Positions 44,846-60,100 are shown, numbered from the stretch's first letter. The stretch is DNA of 64,000 bases from Octopus vulgaris (GCA_951406725.2 OX597841.1:15438001-15502000), one strand, 5' to 3'. Numbers and translations: made by a program. The notes: generated from the letters alone by a model not told the origin.

Positions 44846-45460
44846 ACTTTTATCGATGTTGCTTCCGAGATTAGCAAACCGCTTCCAAAGTATGGCCAAG
44901 TTAATCAACGACTCGAGATCTCGTAAACGCGAGACATCATCGAGATTATACCACCATTTCGTTTCGAGTTAATCTTCAGAATTTAAATCCGGCGAAAATC
45001 TATATACTAATCTCTCGTTTTCCTTCTATAACAGCATTCGTCTCTATTCGTCGCTTACGTCATCGTTAACTCTTAGCATTCTCTTATTCCGTTCTTAATC
45101 TTATTCGTATATTTCTTCATTCGTTCACTTATTCTCTGATCGGATTTTCGTGTGCAGGAATTATGTTTCGTATCGTCTGTTCGGTTGGCAGATTTCTACG
45201 AGAGATTGGGAGCCAAGCCAAGGAAAACCAACGGGCCAGAAAAATGGCTGTATTCATGCCAAATTCCTTTTGACCACTTTTGGAAAGAATAGACATACAT
45301 ACATGCATACATACATACGTACATACACACTCACACACATATATATACATACATATATTTATATATATATATATATATATATATAAATATGTATATTTAG
45401 ATATTTATATATATACATAAATATATGTATGCATATACATTATACATATACACATACAAA

Positions 45461-45511
<51 letters not shown>

Positions 45512-45543
45512 TGTACATATGTACACACATATACTTACGTACG

Positions 45544-45581
<38 letters not shown>

Positions 45582-46205
45582 GATTTATAAATACATACAC
45601 GCATGCATAATAATAACATATACATACATGCAAGCATACATACATTTATACATATGTACACATATATATACTAACATATGTATACACATTTATATACTTA
45701 TACACATAGATTCATACCTACATACACGCTTGCATACATACATACATACATACATACATTCGCAAATGCGTACGTCCATATATACATACATACATGCATA
45801 CATACATATATATAAATACATGCAACATATATACATATATATAAATACATACATAGATGCATACATGCATATATACATACATACATACATACATATATAC
45901 ATGCATACATACTCACATACACACACACATTATTTATCCTATATCTGTTTCAGTCATTCGACTGCGGCCATGCTAATAATTATCCAAAATCCTAACTACA
46001 TCGTTTTACTTAACAGGTGGGCTTCCGCACAGTTTCCTCCTACCAAATGCACTCACAGCAGTTTGGTCGGTACAGGAGTAATTTAGAAGACATTCTCCCT
46101 AGGTGTCATACTTGCAGTGAGACTGAAAAATATTCCACATGGTTGCAAAGCGAACCTCTTATCCGCAGAGTAATACATGCACTTCAAAAAACTACGAAAA
46201 CGTCG

Positions 46206-46323
46206 AAGCTTACAGCCCCCCAGGTACAACAAGCGGTCACTCATCTCAGGGCTAAACAGACACGATGTTACTTAACTTTTGGTAATCGGATGAGAACCGC
46301 TGCTTTCAACGTGATATTGAACA
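46206..46323 (-). pseudogene. Degenerate 5S rRNA copy (pseudogene or 5S-derived SINE head)
   Basis: The plus strand AAGCTTACAGC..CAGGTA..CAAGCGGTCACTCATC..GCTAA..CGATGTTACTTAACTT.TGGTAATCGGATGAGAACCG.TGCTTTCAACGTGATAT is colinear with the reverse complement of invertebrate 5S rRNA over ~118 nt. T-runs follow on the minus strand. Confidence 0.8.
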
Positions 46324-46435
46324 CTCTTGTATAGGATCCACACCAAATCTTTGGGTTTTCGAAATCGCCTTAATACACCCTTGCCCAGGACGGAGATTGT
46401 TTCTGGCTGGTGTACTATCTTTTGCTTTTGACATG

Positions 46436-46800
46436 TTCTAGTGATTAGGCTGCGGCCATGCTATGGCACCGCCTTTGAGAATTATTAGTCGAATGAATAG
46501 ATCCCATGACATAATTGTTCTAAGCCAGGTACACATTCTATCGGATCCTTTTGCCACACCGCTAGGTGATGAGAATAAAGAACCAACACGATTGACAAAT
46601 GGCGGTGAGGAACAAGCACAGACACAAATATACACACACACATATGTATGACGGGCTTCCTTCAGTTTCCATCTACCATATTCACTCAAGCTTTTGGTCG
46701 GCCCGAGAATATGATAGAAGACACTTGCGCGCAAGATGCCATGCAGTGGGACTGAACCAAGAACCATGTGGGAGGGAGGCAATATTCTTACATGACAATC
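46436..46800 (-). mobile_element. SINE family B, diverged (another at ~45945-46160)
   Basis: GCGGCCATGCT..GCACCGCCTTT and GACGGGCTTCCTTCAGTTTCC..GCAGTGGGACTGAACC. Confidence 0.8.
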
Positions 46801-46922
46801 ACTCTGGAGTCAGAGTTTGGATGACGTCCAAATGAAAATTCTCTCTCTCTCTCTGTCTCTCTCTTCCGCCACGTATTGTAAATATATATATGTATGCATA
46901 TATATATATGTATGTATATGTA

Positions 46923-46978
<56 letters not shown>

Positions 46979-47108
46979 TAGATAGATAGATATATATACA
47001 TATATATATATATGTATATATATATATATGTATATATATATATGTATATATATATGTATATATATACATATATATATATATATGTGTATATATATATATG
47101 TATATATA

Positions 47109-47239
<131 letters not shown>

Positions 47240-47415
47240 ATACGTATATATATATATATATATATGGCCGCAATCAAATAACTGAAACGAATAAAAGAAT
47301 AAGATAACAATAAATGTATACAAACCACGTGATATAAAACTGGAATCTTTGTCATCAACAGCGTCGTGGAATTCACATCATCATCATCATCATCACTATC
47401 ATCATCATCATCACT

Positions 47416-47449
<34 letters not shown>

Positions 47450-47451
47450 CT

Positions 47452-47496
<45 letters not shown>

Positions 47497-47874
47497 GTCG
47501 TCATCACCGCCATCATCATAACTATGATCACCACCACCACCACTACCACCACCACAACCACCGCTACCACCACCACCACCAACACCGACACCTCTATCAT
47601 CACCATCATCATCATCATCATCATCATTATCCCGTTCATTAAAAATCGGCTGCCGATGCGACTAATTAATCAGGCATCATTTACACAAGTTATTTAAGTG
47701 CTTCTTTAATTAAAACAGTTAAATAGCAACGTAAGATATGTGATATTGGAACCTCGTAGGGGCGGGTTCCATCCCCAGGCCGACCTTTACATGGATTTTT
47801 TTCTATATTAATACATCTTTCGAGCTAAAATTGGCAATGAATCTTGTTACTATAAATACAACTGTACATTTATG

Positions 47875-47957
<83 letters not shown>

Positions 47958-48247
47958 GTATATATATATGCATACATACATACATATATACATATATATA
48001 CATATGTAATTATCTATACATATATATATACACACACACACATACATATACTTGTATGAAGTGCGATTGCGTAGGTCCAGGAGTGGCTGTGTGGTAAGTA
48101 GCTTGCTTAACAACCACATGGTTCCGGGTTCAGTCCTACTGCGTGGTACCTTGGGCAAGTGTCACGTTCTATAGTCTCAAGCCGGCCAAAGTTTTCTTGA
48201 GTGGATTTGGCAGACGAAAACTGAAAAAATCCCGTCATGTGTACATA

Positions 48248-48320
<73 letters not shown>

Positions 48321-48416
48321 TACTCATAGAAATTTCAAATTTGATTTTCACCTTATATTTACAATCTTATAATATGATATAATGAAATGATAGAATATTC
48401 AATGTCCATTCTGATT

Positions 48417-48459
48417 GCACTAGTACTTTCATGCATTATGCTATGCAATCTTCAGGTTC
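48417..48459 (-). ncRNA. Minimal type I hammerhead motif
   Basis: Minus strand: GAAC-CTGAAGA-TTGCAT-AGCATA-ATGCAT-GAAA-GTAC-TA-GTGC. Palindromic stem III AGTACT; one mismatch in stem I. Confidence 0.62.
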
Positions 48460-48684
48460 GTATAGTAATGGTGACAGTTATGTTTCACAATGTACAACTG
48501 TAGTGAGATAACCTAACTCTGTGCCTTCGATACATTTGTGTAGGCTACAGAATGTTAATGTAAATCACTTAAGTTTATTGGTGTGTGGTTTACGCGTCAC
48601 GGTTTGTTGAACATCTCAAGAGACCTGTACTTTGACCCTGGCCAAAGAGTAATTGTTGGGCTATTTTTAGAAATATATATGCAC

Positions 48685-48715
<31 letters not shown>

Positions 48716-49035
48716 TGTATGTATGTATGTATGTATGTATGTATGTATGTATGTATGTATGTATGTATGTATGTATGTATGTATGTATGTATGTATTTAT
48801 CTATCTATTTATCCATCTGTCTGCTTGTGTATCTATCTATCTATCAAATTATCTATCTCTATACATATAATAATAATAAATCTCTGAGCGAGGTATAGAC
48901 GGTAGCAGCACGACTTCCCTTTGCAAATGATGATAGGGCACAGATAATGCGTCAATAGTCAGCTAGAGGAGATGTCTTCCTGGGGCCACAAGATACAGTA
49001 GCAACGACCCTCAAGGGCTAGCCACATTTAAGTGG

Positions 49036-49083
<48 letters not shown>

Positions 49084-49233
49084 TAGATAGATAGATAGAC
49101 AGACAGATAGACATAAAGAGATAGATTCATAGATAGATAAACAGATAGATAGAGAGATAGATATATAGATTGATAGATAGATAGATAGATAGATAGATAG
49201 ACAGATAGATAGATAGATAGAGAGAGAGAGATT

Positions 49234-49299
<66 letters not shown>

Positions 49300-49578
49300 C
49301 AGATAGATAGATAGATAAATAGACAGATATACAGAAATATAGACCCATATGTATACATATGCGTGTGTGTGTGTGTGTGTGTGTGATGTTTGGCGTTGGA
49401 ATTTGAGAAGCTATAACTAGTTTCGAGTTACCGTTTCTATGTAAACTGAAAATTGGACAATATTTCACTTCAAACAATTGGCAAATTGAAAGAATTTTTA
49501 CGAGATTAAAAAATAAAATGATAAAAAATCTGATTGAACAAAAGGCTTAACTGCGTTTGAAGAAATAAGACTAGAATA

Positions 49579-49622
<44 letters not shown>

Positions 49623-49740
49623 CTCATACACACACGAAGAATTCTATAGGTGCACACACGCATGGACAAACGTATTTAAGCGCACACGCATACAAAGATT
49701 ATGTGTAGAGAGAGAATGACAGAAACTGAATTTATAGATA

Positions 49741-50683
49741 GGCTCAGGCGTGGTTTTGTACCAAGAAGCTTGCTTCCCAACATCATGGCTCCGGGTTCAG
49801 TCCCTCTGCGTGGCATCCCGGGCAAATGTCTGTTACTATATAGTCTCAGACCGACCTAAGTATTTGGTAAACGGAAACTGAAAGAAGCTCGTCGTATATA
49901 TATATAGCGGTTCGGCAAAAGAGACCGATAGAATAAGTACTAGTCGATTTGCTCGACTAAAAGGCGGTACTCCAGTATGGCCACAGTCAGATGACTGAAA
50001 CAAGTAGAAGAGTGGAAGAGAAGATATATATATATATATATATGTATATATATCTTCGTGTGTGTTTTTCTGTCTGTGTTTCTCTCACCCTTGATCACTT
50101 GACAACAGTTGTTGGTATGTCTACGCCCGCCTGACCTAGCGGTTCGACAAAATGCACCAATACAATAAGTACCACACTTTTAAAATATGATACTGGGGTC
50201 GATTTCTTTTCCCTACACCCCAGCAGGACGGGACGCCAGTCCATCGCAGCGTTACTCAAGAGGCAGGAAGACAGACTGATAGAAAGTTGGGGCGAAGGAG
50301 TACAACAGGGGTCGCCACCACCCCCTGCCGGAGCCTCGTGGACCTTTTAGGTGTTTTTGCTCAATAAACACATACAACGCCCGGTCTGGGAACCGAAACC
50401 GCGATCCTCTGACCGCAAGTACCGCTGCACTAGCCACTGGGCCATCGTGCCTCCAACCAAACGTACGATGTAGTTATGTTGTAGTTTTGTTTTTCTAGTT
50501 CCAGTCCAAATATTTTACGAACAGACATTTTCTGTAGGTGCAGGAGTGGCTGTATGGTAAGTAGCTTGCTAACCAACCGGGTTCAATCACACTGCGTGGC
50601 ATCTTGTCTTCTGCTATAACCCCGGGCCGACCAATGCCTTGTGAGTGGATTTGGTAGACGGAAACTGAAAGAAGCCTGTCGTA

Positions 50684-50731
<48 letters not shown>

Positions 50732-51224
50732 CGTGTGTGCTTGTATGTCTGTGTTTGTCTCCCTAGCATTGCTTGACGACCGATGCTGGTGTGTTTACGT
50801 CCCCGTCACTTAGCGGTTCGGCAAAAAGAGACCGATAGAATAAGTACTGGGCTCACAAAGAATAAGTCCCGGGGTCGAGTTGCTCGATTAAAGGTGATGC
50901 TCCAGCATGGCCTCGGTCAAATGACTGAAACAAGTAAAAGAGTAAAAAGTTTGTGCATGAAAAAAAAAACTTTAGTTATTGAGTCATTTCACTTTCATTC
51001 CGTTTAATTCTGTTCATAATAAAACTTATGCCTAATCACCTGTATGTAATTTAATTATTACACACACACACATATATATATATCTATTAATAAACGGTTT
51101 TCAGGTGTAGTTGGGGTTTATAAACTTCAAAGAATCTGTACGGATGACCTTAACCCTCCCAATCTAATCTTAAATATTGATCTACCTATATCTGTGTGTC
51201 TTTCTACATCTCTCTCTCCCTCAT

Positions 51225-51284
<60 letters not shown>

Positions 51285-51691
51285 CCTATTTATCTATATA
51301 CCTGGCAAGCTAGCTATCTATTTATCTATGTCAGTCTGTCTAGCTGCTTGTCTCTGTATATACATACACTACAAATATATATAAATATATATATATATAA
51401 AGTTGGTTGTAAGTGAATTTATTGCTTCAATAAATATATACACACATACATACATACAAACATACATACATACATACATGCATACATACATACATACATA
51501 CATACAAACATACATACATACATAGTTACATACATACATACATATGTATGTCCTACTGCGGGTTCAGTCCTACTGCGTGGTACCTTGGGCAAGTGTCTTC
51601 TACTATAGCCTCGGGTCGACCAAAACCTTGTGAGTGGATTTGGTAGACGGAAACTGAAAGAAGCCCGTCGTATATATGTATATATATATAT

Positions 51692-51737
<46 letters not shown>

Positions 51738-51792
51738 AAAAGTGTGCATGCGTATACAAACATACAAATGAAAGTTCCATTTTGTATACTAT

Positions 51793-51836
<44 letters not shown>

Positions 51837-51900
51837 GTTGTGTGTCTTGAAGGCTGTGCCCCAGCATGGCCGCAGTCAAATGACTGAAACAGGTAAATGG
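49741..51900. mobile_element. SINE cluster: B copies at 49741-50200, 50537-50948 and 51558-51900 (+); C-head copy with a third tail at 50215-50455 (-); B head also at 48073-48238
   Basis: Direct similarity to 35869-36314 and 22488-22660. Confidence 0.85.
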
Positions 51901-52394
51901 AAACAGATAAAAGATATTTAATTAAATATTGCTAGCTTGTTGACGGATAACCAAGATGTACTCTCTGTCTAGCAGAACCTTATACACCTTAACCTATTTT
52001 CTGCAATATTTATTATAATTTGTATACATTTAAAAATAGTCGTTAGCGTGTTGACGGAAAACTAAAATGCGTTCCAATCTTAATCTATTGATTTATCGAT
52101 CTTTCACTAATAGTTAATTAATAATTTGTTTGATGGCTTTAATAGACTTATAAGCAATTTGTCACGCAATGGATTTTGTAGCTTAATATTAATTCAATGA
52201 ATTGCTTTTAAATCGTCCATCCTATTGTATTAGTAGAACAATATATATTCATTACGGAGATGTACTTGCACAGCAAGTGACCTGATCTGAGATCGTGTGC
52301 TGGAACGAAAACAATTGCAGCGTGGAATGTGTTTATAAGCCATTTAAGAAACACACAAAAGCCGTTCGATTCACTTCAACATTTAAGTTTAATT

Positions 52395-52442
52395 TGTCAA
52401 AATATTTTCGTCGCTTTAAGACCGCGACCTGTTTCACTGACA
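52395..52442 (-). ncRNA. Hammerhead variant, G3:C8 family
   Basis: Minus strand: TGTCA-GTGAAACA-G-GTCGC-(9 nt)-GCGAC-GAAA-ATAT-TT-TGACA. Confidence 0.55.
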
Positions 52443-52527
52443 GAACTTCGTGCTGCATCTATATATTAAATATATATTTAACATATCGTATGATTAATTA
52501 TTTCAAATTTTTGCGAAGTGGGGATGA

Positions 52528-53059
52528 GTCGATTACATCGACCCCAGTGTTCAATTGATACTTATTTTATCGACCCCGAAACGGTAATGGGCAATGTCAC
52601 CTCGGCGAAATTTGAACTCAGAACGTAGCAACGGGCGAAATACCTATTTCTTTACTACCCACAAGGGGCTAAACACAGAGGAGACAAACAAGGACAGACA
52701 GATGGATTAAGTCGTTTATATCGACCCCAGTGCGTACTTGGTACTTAATGTATCGACCCCGAACGGATGAAAGGCAGAGTGGACCTTGGCGGAATTTGAA
52801 CCCAGAACGTAACGGCAGACGAAATACCTATTTCTTTACTACCCACAAGGGGCTAAACACAGAGGAGACAAACAAGGACAGACAAACGGATTAAGTCGAT
52901 TACATCGACGCCAGTGCATAACTGGTACTTAATTTATCAACCCCGAAAGGATGAAAGGCAGAGTCGACCTTGGCGGAATTTGAACCCAGAACGTAATGGC
53001 AGACGAAATACCGCTAAGCATTTCGCCCGACGTGCTAACGATTCTGCCAAATCGCCGCC
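52528..53059 (-). mobile_element. SINE family A tandem trimer
   Basis: Head at 53059; TACC junctions at 53009, 52825 and 52641 (184-bp period). Confidence 0.9.
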
Positions 53060-53607
53060 TTATAACGCATGATTAATAAATACTTGTAATTATACAACAT
53101 TTTATTCACAACATTCTTCAAATATATTTGAATAGATTTTCGTATAGAATTTAGAACTCCTTTCAGAAAACTGATTACGGTTTATATGTGTCTTTCGATA
53201 CTTCATATATATCATCCGTTAATCATATTACGGTATCTGACCCATATAACATAAAAATGGAATATCGGTGTATCATTTCTAAATGATAACTAATTCTATT
53301 GTGTAGCTTCCGCTTCTCTAATTAAAATGCAAACTTTTGAAGCGAATAGTATTTGCCACTGTTTGATAACGACGACTACGGCAAAAGTTTTGAAGTAACA
53401 AGCGACGCTGTTATTTAATAAATGGCAATTTGCGAACACGTAATGCGCCCTGGTGACAGTTATTGTAAGGGAGGTAATCACTTTTAGATTAGTAATATAT
53501 TATGTTTACCGTGATAACATAATTGTTCGGATAATTTACTGCTTTTAATAATCAAGTTTTAAGAACACACTCAAACAGATACACACACACACACACATAC
53601 ACATTTG

Positions 53608-54060
53608 GATATAATCGATTTAATCCGTTTGTCTGTCCTCTTTGTTTGTAATAAAGAAATAGGTATTTCGTCCGTCTTTACGTTCTGAGTTCAAATTCCG
53701 TCGAGGTCGACTTTGCCTTTCATCCATTCGGGGTCGATAAATTAAGTACCAGTTACGCACTGGGGTCGATGTAATCGACTTAATCCCTTTGTCTGTCCTC
53801 TCTGTGTTTATCCTCTTGTGGGTAGTAAAGAAATAGGTATTTCGTCCGTCTTTACGTTCTGAGTTCAAATTCCGTCGAGGTCGACTTTGCCTTTCATCCT
53901 TTCGGGGTCGATAAATTAAGTACCAGTTACGCACTGGGGTCGATGTAATCGACTTAATCTCTTTGTCTGTCCTTGTTTGTCCTCTCTGTGTGCAGCCCCT
54001 TGTGGGTAGTAAAGAAATAGAAATAGGTATTTGGTCTGCCGTTACGTTCTGAGTTCAAAT
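53608..54060 (+). mobile_element. SINE family A headless tandem array
   Basis: AAAGAAATA|GGTATTT junctions at 53662, 53836 and 54026. Confidence 0.88.
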
Positions 54061-54224
54061 AACCTCCAATACAATCAGAACTATCTCCTGCACAACAACA
54101 ACCACAAATACCACAACCACAGCCATCACCACAACCAGCATCTCCATCATCACTAAAACCAACACCAACAACAGCAACAACACAGCCAATTAAGTAGTGG
54201 TGATGCTAGAGTGGCGGCGGCGGC

Positions 54225-54259
<35 letters not shown>

Positions 54260-54369
54260 TGGTGGTGTTGGTGGTGGAGGTGTAAAGACAATAACTCAAT
54301 AAATCAATAATTTTGTACCAGGTTTAGACTAATGAATTGGATTCTCTCAGGTTTTTGCTGCTTAGACTA

Positions 54370-54438
54370 CTAATAGTGGTAGTAGTAGCAGCAGCAGCAG
54401 CAGTTGTAGTAGTAGTAGTAGAAGTAGTAGTAGTAGTA

Positions 54439-54532
<94 letters not shown>

Positions 54533-55172
54533 TGGTAGTAGTAGTAGTAGTAGTAGTCGTAGTAGAAGTAGTCGTCGTCGTCGTCGTCGTAGTAGTAGTA
54601 GTGGTTGCGAACGTGGTGGCTGTAGTAGTAGTAGAAGTAGTAGTAGTAAAGACAGTGGTGGTGATTGAGGTGGTCATAGTAGTAGAAGTAGTGGTAGTAG
54701 TTGTGTTATTTATGGAAGAGTTGTAGTGGCAGTTAAAGTAATAGCACCAGTAGTAGTAGTAACGGCGGCGGCGGTGGTGGTGGTGGTGGTGGTGGAGCTG
54801 GTGGTGGTGGTGGTGATGGTAGCGATGGTGGTGGTGATAGTGGTGGTGGTAGTGGTGGTGGTAGTGGTTATGGCGAGGGGGGTGATGGTGGTGGTGACGT
54901 TGGTGGTGATGATGGTAGTAGTGGTGAGGGTGGTTGTGGTTGTGGTGGTGCTGATGGTGGTGATGGTGGTGGTGGTGGCAGTGGTGGTAGTGCTGGTGAT
55001 GGTAGTGATGGTGGTGGTGATAGTGGTGGTGGTAGTGGTTATGGCGAGGGGGGGGGGGGGGTGATGGTGGTGGTGATGTTGGTGCTGCTGATGATGGTGG
55101 TGGTGGTCGCAGTGGTGTTAGTGCTGGTGATGGTGATGGTGATTGTTTTGGTGGTAGTGGTGGTGGTGGTAA
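54370..55172. repeat. (AGT/GGT)n degenerate array
   Basis: Directly visible; GTAGTGGTTATGGCGAGGGGG is duplicated at ~54861 and ~55032. Confidence 0.93.
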
Positions 55173-55542
55173 TATTGATATGTTGGGGTTTTTTTCCGTT
55201 AAAGCAACTAAACAGAATCTTCGATCATCATGTCGCCGCTTCTGATCTATCACTGTTAAATGGGTCTCGAAGGCCCCGTATCTTGCCTAGAATCAGCATA
55301 AACAACGGCAGAAGGGGGTATTTGAACTCAGAATTCAGAGAGCAGGCAACGATATCACAGCATCTCATACGATGCTCCAACGACTATTATTTCAGAAAGC
55401 GTTTCTGCTGTTCCGCTACATTAAAGAGTAATGAATATATTTCGAGCCGTTGCTCTTTGTCATAGGAGAAAGTGATTAAGAGGAGAAAGAGATTAAGACA
55501 GAGTGAGAGAGAAGGGGAGAGATATGTATAAGTGCATATAAG

Positions 55543-55604
<62 letters not shown>

Positions 55605-55605
<1 letters not shown>

Positions 55606-56987
55606 TCTCTCTTTTTACTCTTTTACTTGTTTCAGTCATTTTGACTGCGGCCATGCTGGAGCACCGCCTTTAGTCGAGCATATCGACCCCGGGACTTATT
55701 CTTTGTAAGCCCAGTACTTATTCTATCGGTCCCTTTTGCCGAACCGCTATGTGGACATGCGCAGGCGTGGTTGTGTGGTAAGTAGCTTGCTTACCAGCCA
55801 CATGGTTTCTGGTTCGGTCCCGCTGCGTGGCACCTTGGGCAAGTGTCTTCTACTGTAGCCTCGGGCCGACCAAAGCCTTATGAGTGGATTTGGTAGATGG
55901 AAACTGAAAGAAACCCGACGTGTATATACGTGTATATACATGTGTGTCTGTTTGTGTGTGTGTTTGTTCACCCCCCACCATCATCGCCTGACAACCGATG
56001 ATGCTTTGCTTACGTCTCCGTAACTTAGCGGTTCGGCATAAGAGCCCGATAGAATATGTACTAGGCTTACAAAGTATAAGTCCTGGGGGTGCGATTTGTA
56101 CGACTAAAGGCAGTGCTCTAGAATGGCCGCAGGGGGAGACAAACACAAGCACACAAATGCCCTCTCTCTCTCTCACCACACACACACACACATATATATA
56201 TATACATATATATGACAGGTTTCTTTCAGTTTCCGTCTGCCAAATCCACTGACAAGGCTTTGGTCGGCCCGGGGCTATAGCAGATGACGCTTGCCCAAGA
56301 TGCCACGCAGTGGGACTGAACCCGGAACCATATGGCCGGTTAGCAAGCTATATATATATTGATAAAAATGTACATTTACAGATATATATATATATATATA
56401 TATATTCTCTTTTACTCTTTTACTTGTTTCAGTCATTTGACTGCGGCCATGCTGGAGCACCGCCTTTAATCGAGCAACTCGATCCCGGGACTTATACTTT
56501 TGTAAGCCCAGTACTTATTCTATTGGTCTCTTTTGCCGAACCGCTAAGTTACGGGGACGTAAACACACCAGCATCGGTTGTCAAGCAATGCTAGGGGGAC
56601 AAACGCAGACACACAAACACACACACGTATATATATATATATATATATATATATACGATAAAGAAGCAACAAGAATGGATAGGTTTTTAGTACAATCGTT
56701 TCATACAAGGACAGGCTTTATTAAAAGTTGCAAAAATTACAGCATATAAACGTGTCCCGTACTCATCAGCTAACGTTTATATGCTGTAATTTTTGCAACT
56801 TTTAATAAAGCCTGTCCTTGTATGAAACGATTGTACTAAAAACCTATCCATTCTTGTTGCTTCTTTCTCGCTTATAATCACCCCACATTACTGTATTGTT
56901 AAATCAGTATAGTTTTTTTTTTTGGTGCATCTAAGTTAGGTACCATATTCAAGTTAATTCATTTAAATTAACTTGAATCTTTATTGC

Positions 56988-57039
<52 letters not shown>

Positions 57040-57185
57040 TACGACGGGCTTCTTTCACTCACAAAGCTTTGGTCGGCCCGAGGTTATAGTAGAAGACACT
57101 TGCCCAAGATGACACGCAGTGGGACTGAACCCAGAACCATATGGTTGATAAACAAGCTACCTACCACACAGCCACTCCTACGCCT
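55605..57185. mobile_element. Nested SINE family B cluster in both orientations (55605-55748 -, 55759-56132 +, 56133-56350 -, 56405-56620 -, 57042-57185 -)
   Basis: Direct similarity to 35869-36314. Confidence 0.88.
56660..56990. mobile_element. Penelope-like fragment with a perfect 94-bp inverted repeat and a hammerhead on the minus strand (56687-56773)
   Basis: Arms 56660-56753 and 56773-56866 with a 19-nt spacer. Minus strand TTAG-CTGATGA-GTACGGGACA...TGTCCTTGTAT-GAAA-CGATTG-TA-CTAA. Homologous to 21805-22042. Confidence 0.85.
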
Positions 57186-57649
57186 ATGTGTATGTATATA
57201 TGTATATGCTTTTGTGTGTAGTATATGTGTGCGTGCACGCGTCTGCGCAAGTTCTCAACCAATGTGTACGTACGTGTTCGCCTACATGGCACTCTATCCG
57301 CATCGACTCCCATATCTACAAAACACACACACACACGCACACACACACACACACACGCACTCACGCACGCACGCACACACACACTCACGCACGCACGCAT
57401 ACACACGTGACATCTAATTTTAGCAATTCATGCATGTTCGGATTACATGTTCGCGGTGTGTAGAATATTGGTGTAGCCATGTTATATACACCTTTAACAT
57501 GTTTACACAGCGCAGGAGTAATTAAATATACACCCTTCTCCAGCCACCGTCCCAGGCATATACACCGGCGCCTACAAAATGTCCGCGCATGCATGCATAT
57601 TTATTAGTGGCAATTTACATGTTTATATATGTATATATATGTATGTGTG

Positions 57650-57705
<56 letters not shown>

Positions 57706-57708
<3 letters not shown>

Positions 57709-58195
57709 GTATGTATGCATGTGTGTATGTATGTATGTATGTATGTATTTATGTATGTATGTATGTACGTATGTATGTATGTATGTATGTACGTATGTAT
57801 GTATGTATATATGTATGTATGTATGAATGTATGTATGTATGAATGTATGTATGTATGAATGTATGTATGTATGTATGTATGTATGTATGTGTATGTATGT
57901 ATGAATGTGTGTATGTATGTATGTATGAATGTATGTATGTATGAATGTATGTAAGTATGAATGTATGTATGTATGTGTGTATGTATGTATGTGTAAGTAT
58001 GTATGAATGTGTGTATATATGTATGTATGAATGTATGTATGTATGAATGTATGTATGTATGAATGTATGTATGTATGTATGTATGTATGTATGTATGAAT
58101 GTATGTATGTATGTATGTATGTGTATGTATGTATGAATGTGTGTATGTATGTATGTATGAATGTATGTGTGTGTGTGTGTATGTATGTATGTATA
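57706..58195. repeat. (TATG)n array
   Basis: Directly visible. Confidence 0.97.
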
Positions 58196-58279
58196 TTTCT
58201 ATATATCTATATATTTATATCTATATATATATATATATATTCAGAGAGAGAGGGGGAGAGAGAGATTGCTAGATAGATA

Positions 58280-58340
<61 letters not shown>

Positions 58341-58755
58341 ACATGCATATGTATGTGTATTGTAGAGAGGGTGGAAGTGGAGAGGGGTAAAGGGGAAGAG
58401 GGGAAGGGGGGAGGGAGTTCCTAACAATGAATAATAAAAATTTCAGCATTTGTTTTGAGGGTCATTTAGGGATTTGGGGTGAGGGTGGGGTGGGGGTGGG
58501 GGTGGAATATTTGAATTAAGATAATTAATTATATACAATTACAAACGTGTCTCTAATTGTATGTGCGCACATATATGTATGTGTGTGTGTGTGTGTATGT
58601 TTGAGTGCGTGTAATACAGACGTACATATATAAATACATTTACACATTTACACATACACACATACATACATTCATATATATATATATATACACACAGACG
58701 TAGATTCGTGTATGTATGCACACACACACAAACACTCACATATATATACAAGAGT

Positions 58756-58793
<38 letters not shown>

Positions 58794-58884
58794 CCTTGTA
58801 ATTTGATTTGTTGTACGGAAACTGAGAGAATCCCGTCATATATATGTATATATATATATAGGCACAGTCGTGACTCATCGGTTC

Positions 58885-59432
<548 letters not shown>

Positions 59433-59500
59433 ATGGTATAAGAATGAAACAATAACGTGCAAGATATTTCATTATCGGGTCTTATGCTTTTGGTTTGATT

Positions 59501-59519
59501 TGGCGGCGAGGGGGCGCTC
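59501..59519 (+). promoter_or_regulatory. CTCF-like motif
   Basis: TGGCGGCGAGGGGGCGCTC matches 15 of 19 positions of TGGCCACCAGGGGGCGCTA; may belong to the adjacent transposon 5' region. Confidence 0.3.
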
Positions 59520-59594
59520 TATTCTTTCTTTAAATCTTTTGTTAATCGGTTTTGAAATTTCTATAAATTCTTATCTCTTTTCAGATATTTTACG

Positions 59595-60100
59595 ATCGAG
59601 TGTCAAGCAGAAAAAAGAAAATGAGTGTTTTCGATACTTGTTTCTCTTCGCTTTCAATCCAGGCTCCATTAAATGCCAAAGTCACGTGAGAAATCTCTGT
59701 TGTGTACAGAGACAACGTTATTACTGAACGAACTGCATCGAAATAGTCTTCACGTCTCGAGGAAGGGAAATTCGTTCTCGCAGATAGTCCGCTTTCCCAC
59801 TGAATTGTTCTCTTTTGCGTCGTTGATTTGACCAAAAACAATGCGATTCGAGAACTTGGCCGGAAACTTCTGTCACAACCATCGTATTTTCCTAATTTAG
59901 ACCCTTCAGATTATCACCTTTCTTGATATCTTTCCCGCGGTCAGTGAGGCGTTTCGTTCAACAACGACATAGAGTTAAAAACATGGCTTGATGAATTAGT
60001 TTCCCAAAATAAAACTCGGTGACTTCGACCAGTAAGAAATTGACAAAATAGTTGAACGTTGGCAAGGAGTCGTGAACCATGAAGGAGAATGTATTATTGC
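59595..60100 (+). pseudogene. Internally deleted mariner-type transposase remnant
   Basis: Frame-shifted ECQAEK..FRYLFLFAFN, VITERTASK*SSRLEEGKFVLADSP, TKNNAIRELGRKLLSQPSYFPNLDPSDYHL (YSPDLAPSD motif) and IDKIVERWQGVVNHEGECII. Confidence 0.85.

Noticed and set aside
44955-44985. CTGAAGA...GAAAC on the minus strand
   Set aside because: No stem II or stem I pairing; a chance match. The same applies to CTGACGA at 3675, 28561 and 35553(-).
48925-49040. C/D-box snoRNA candidate (ATGATGA)
   Set aside because: No D box (CTGA) or terminal stem at a suitable distance.
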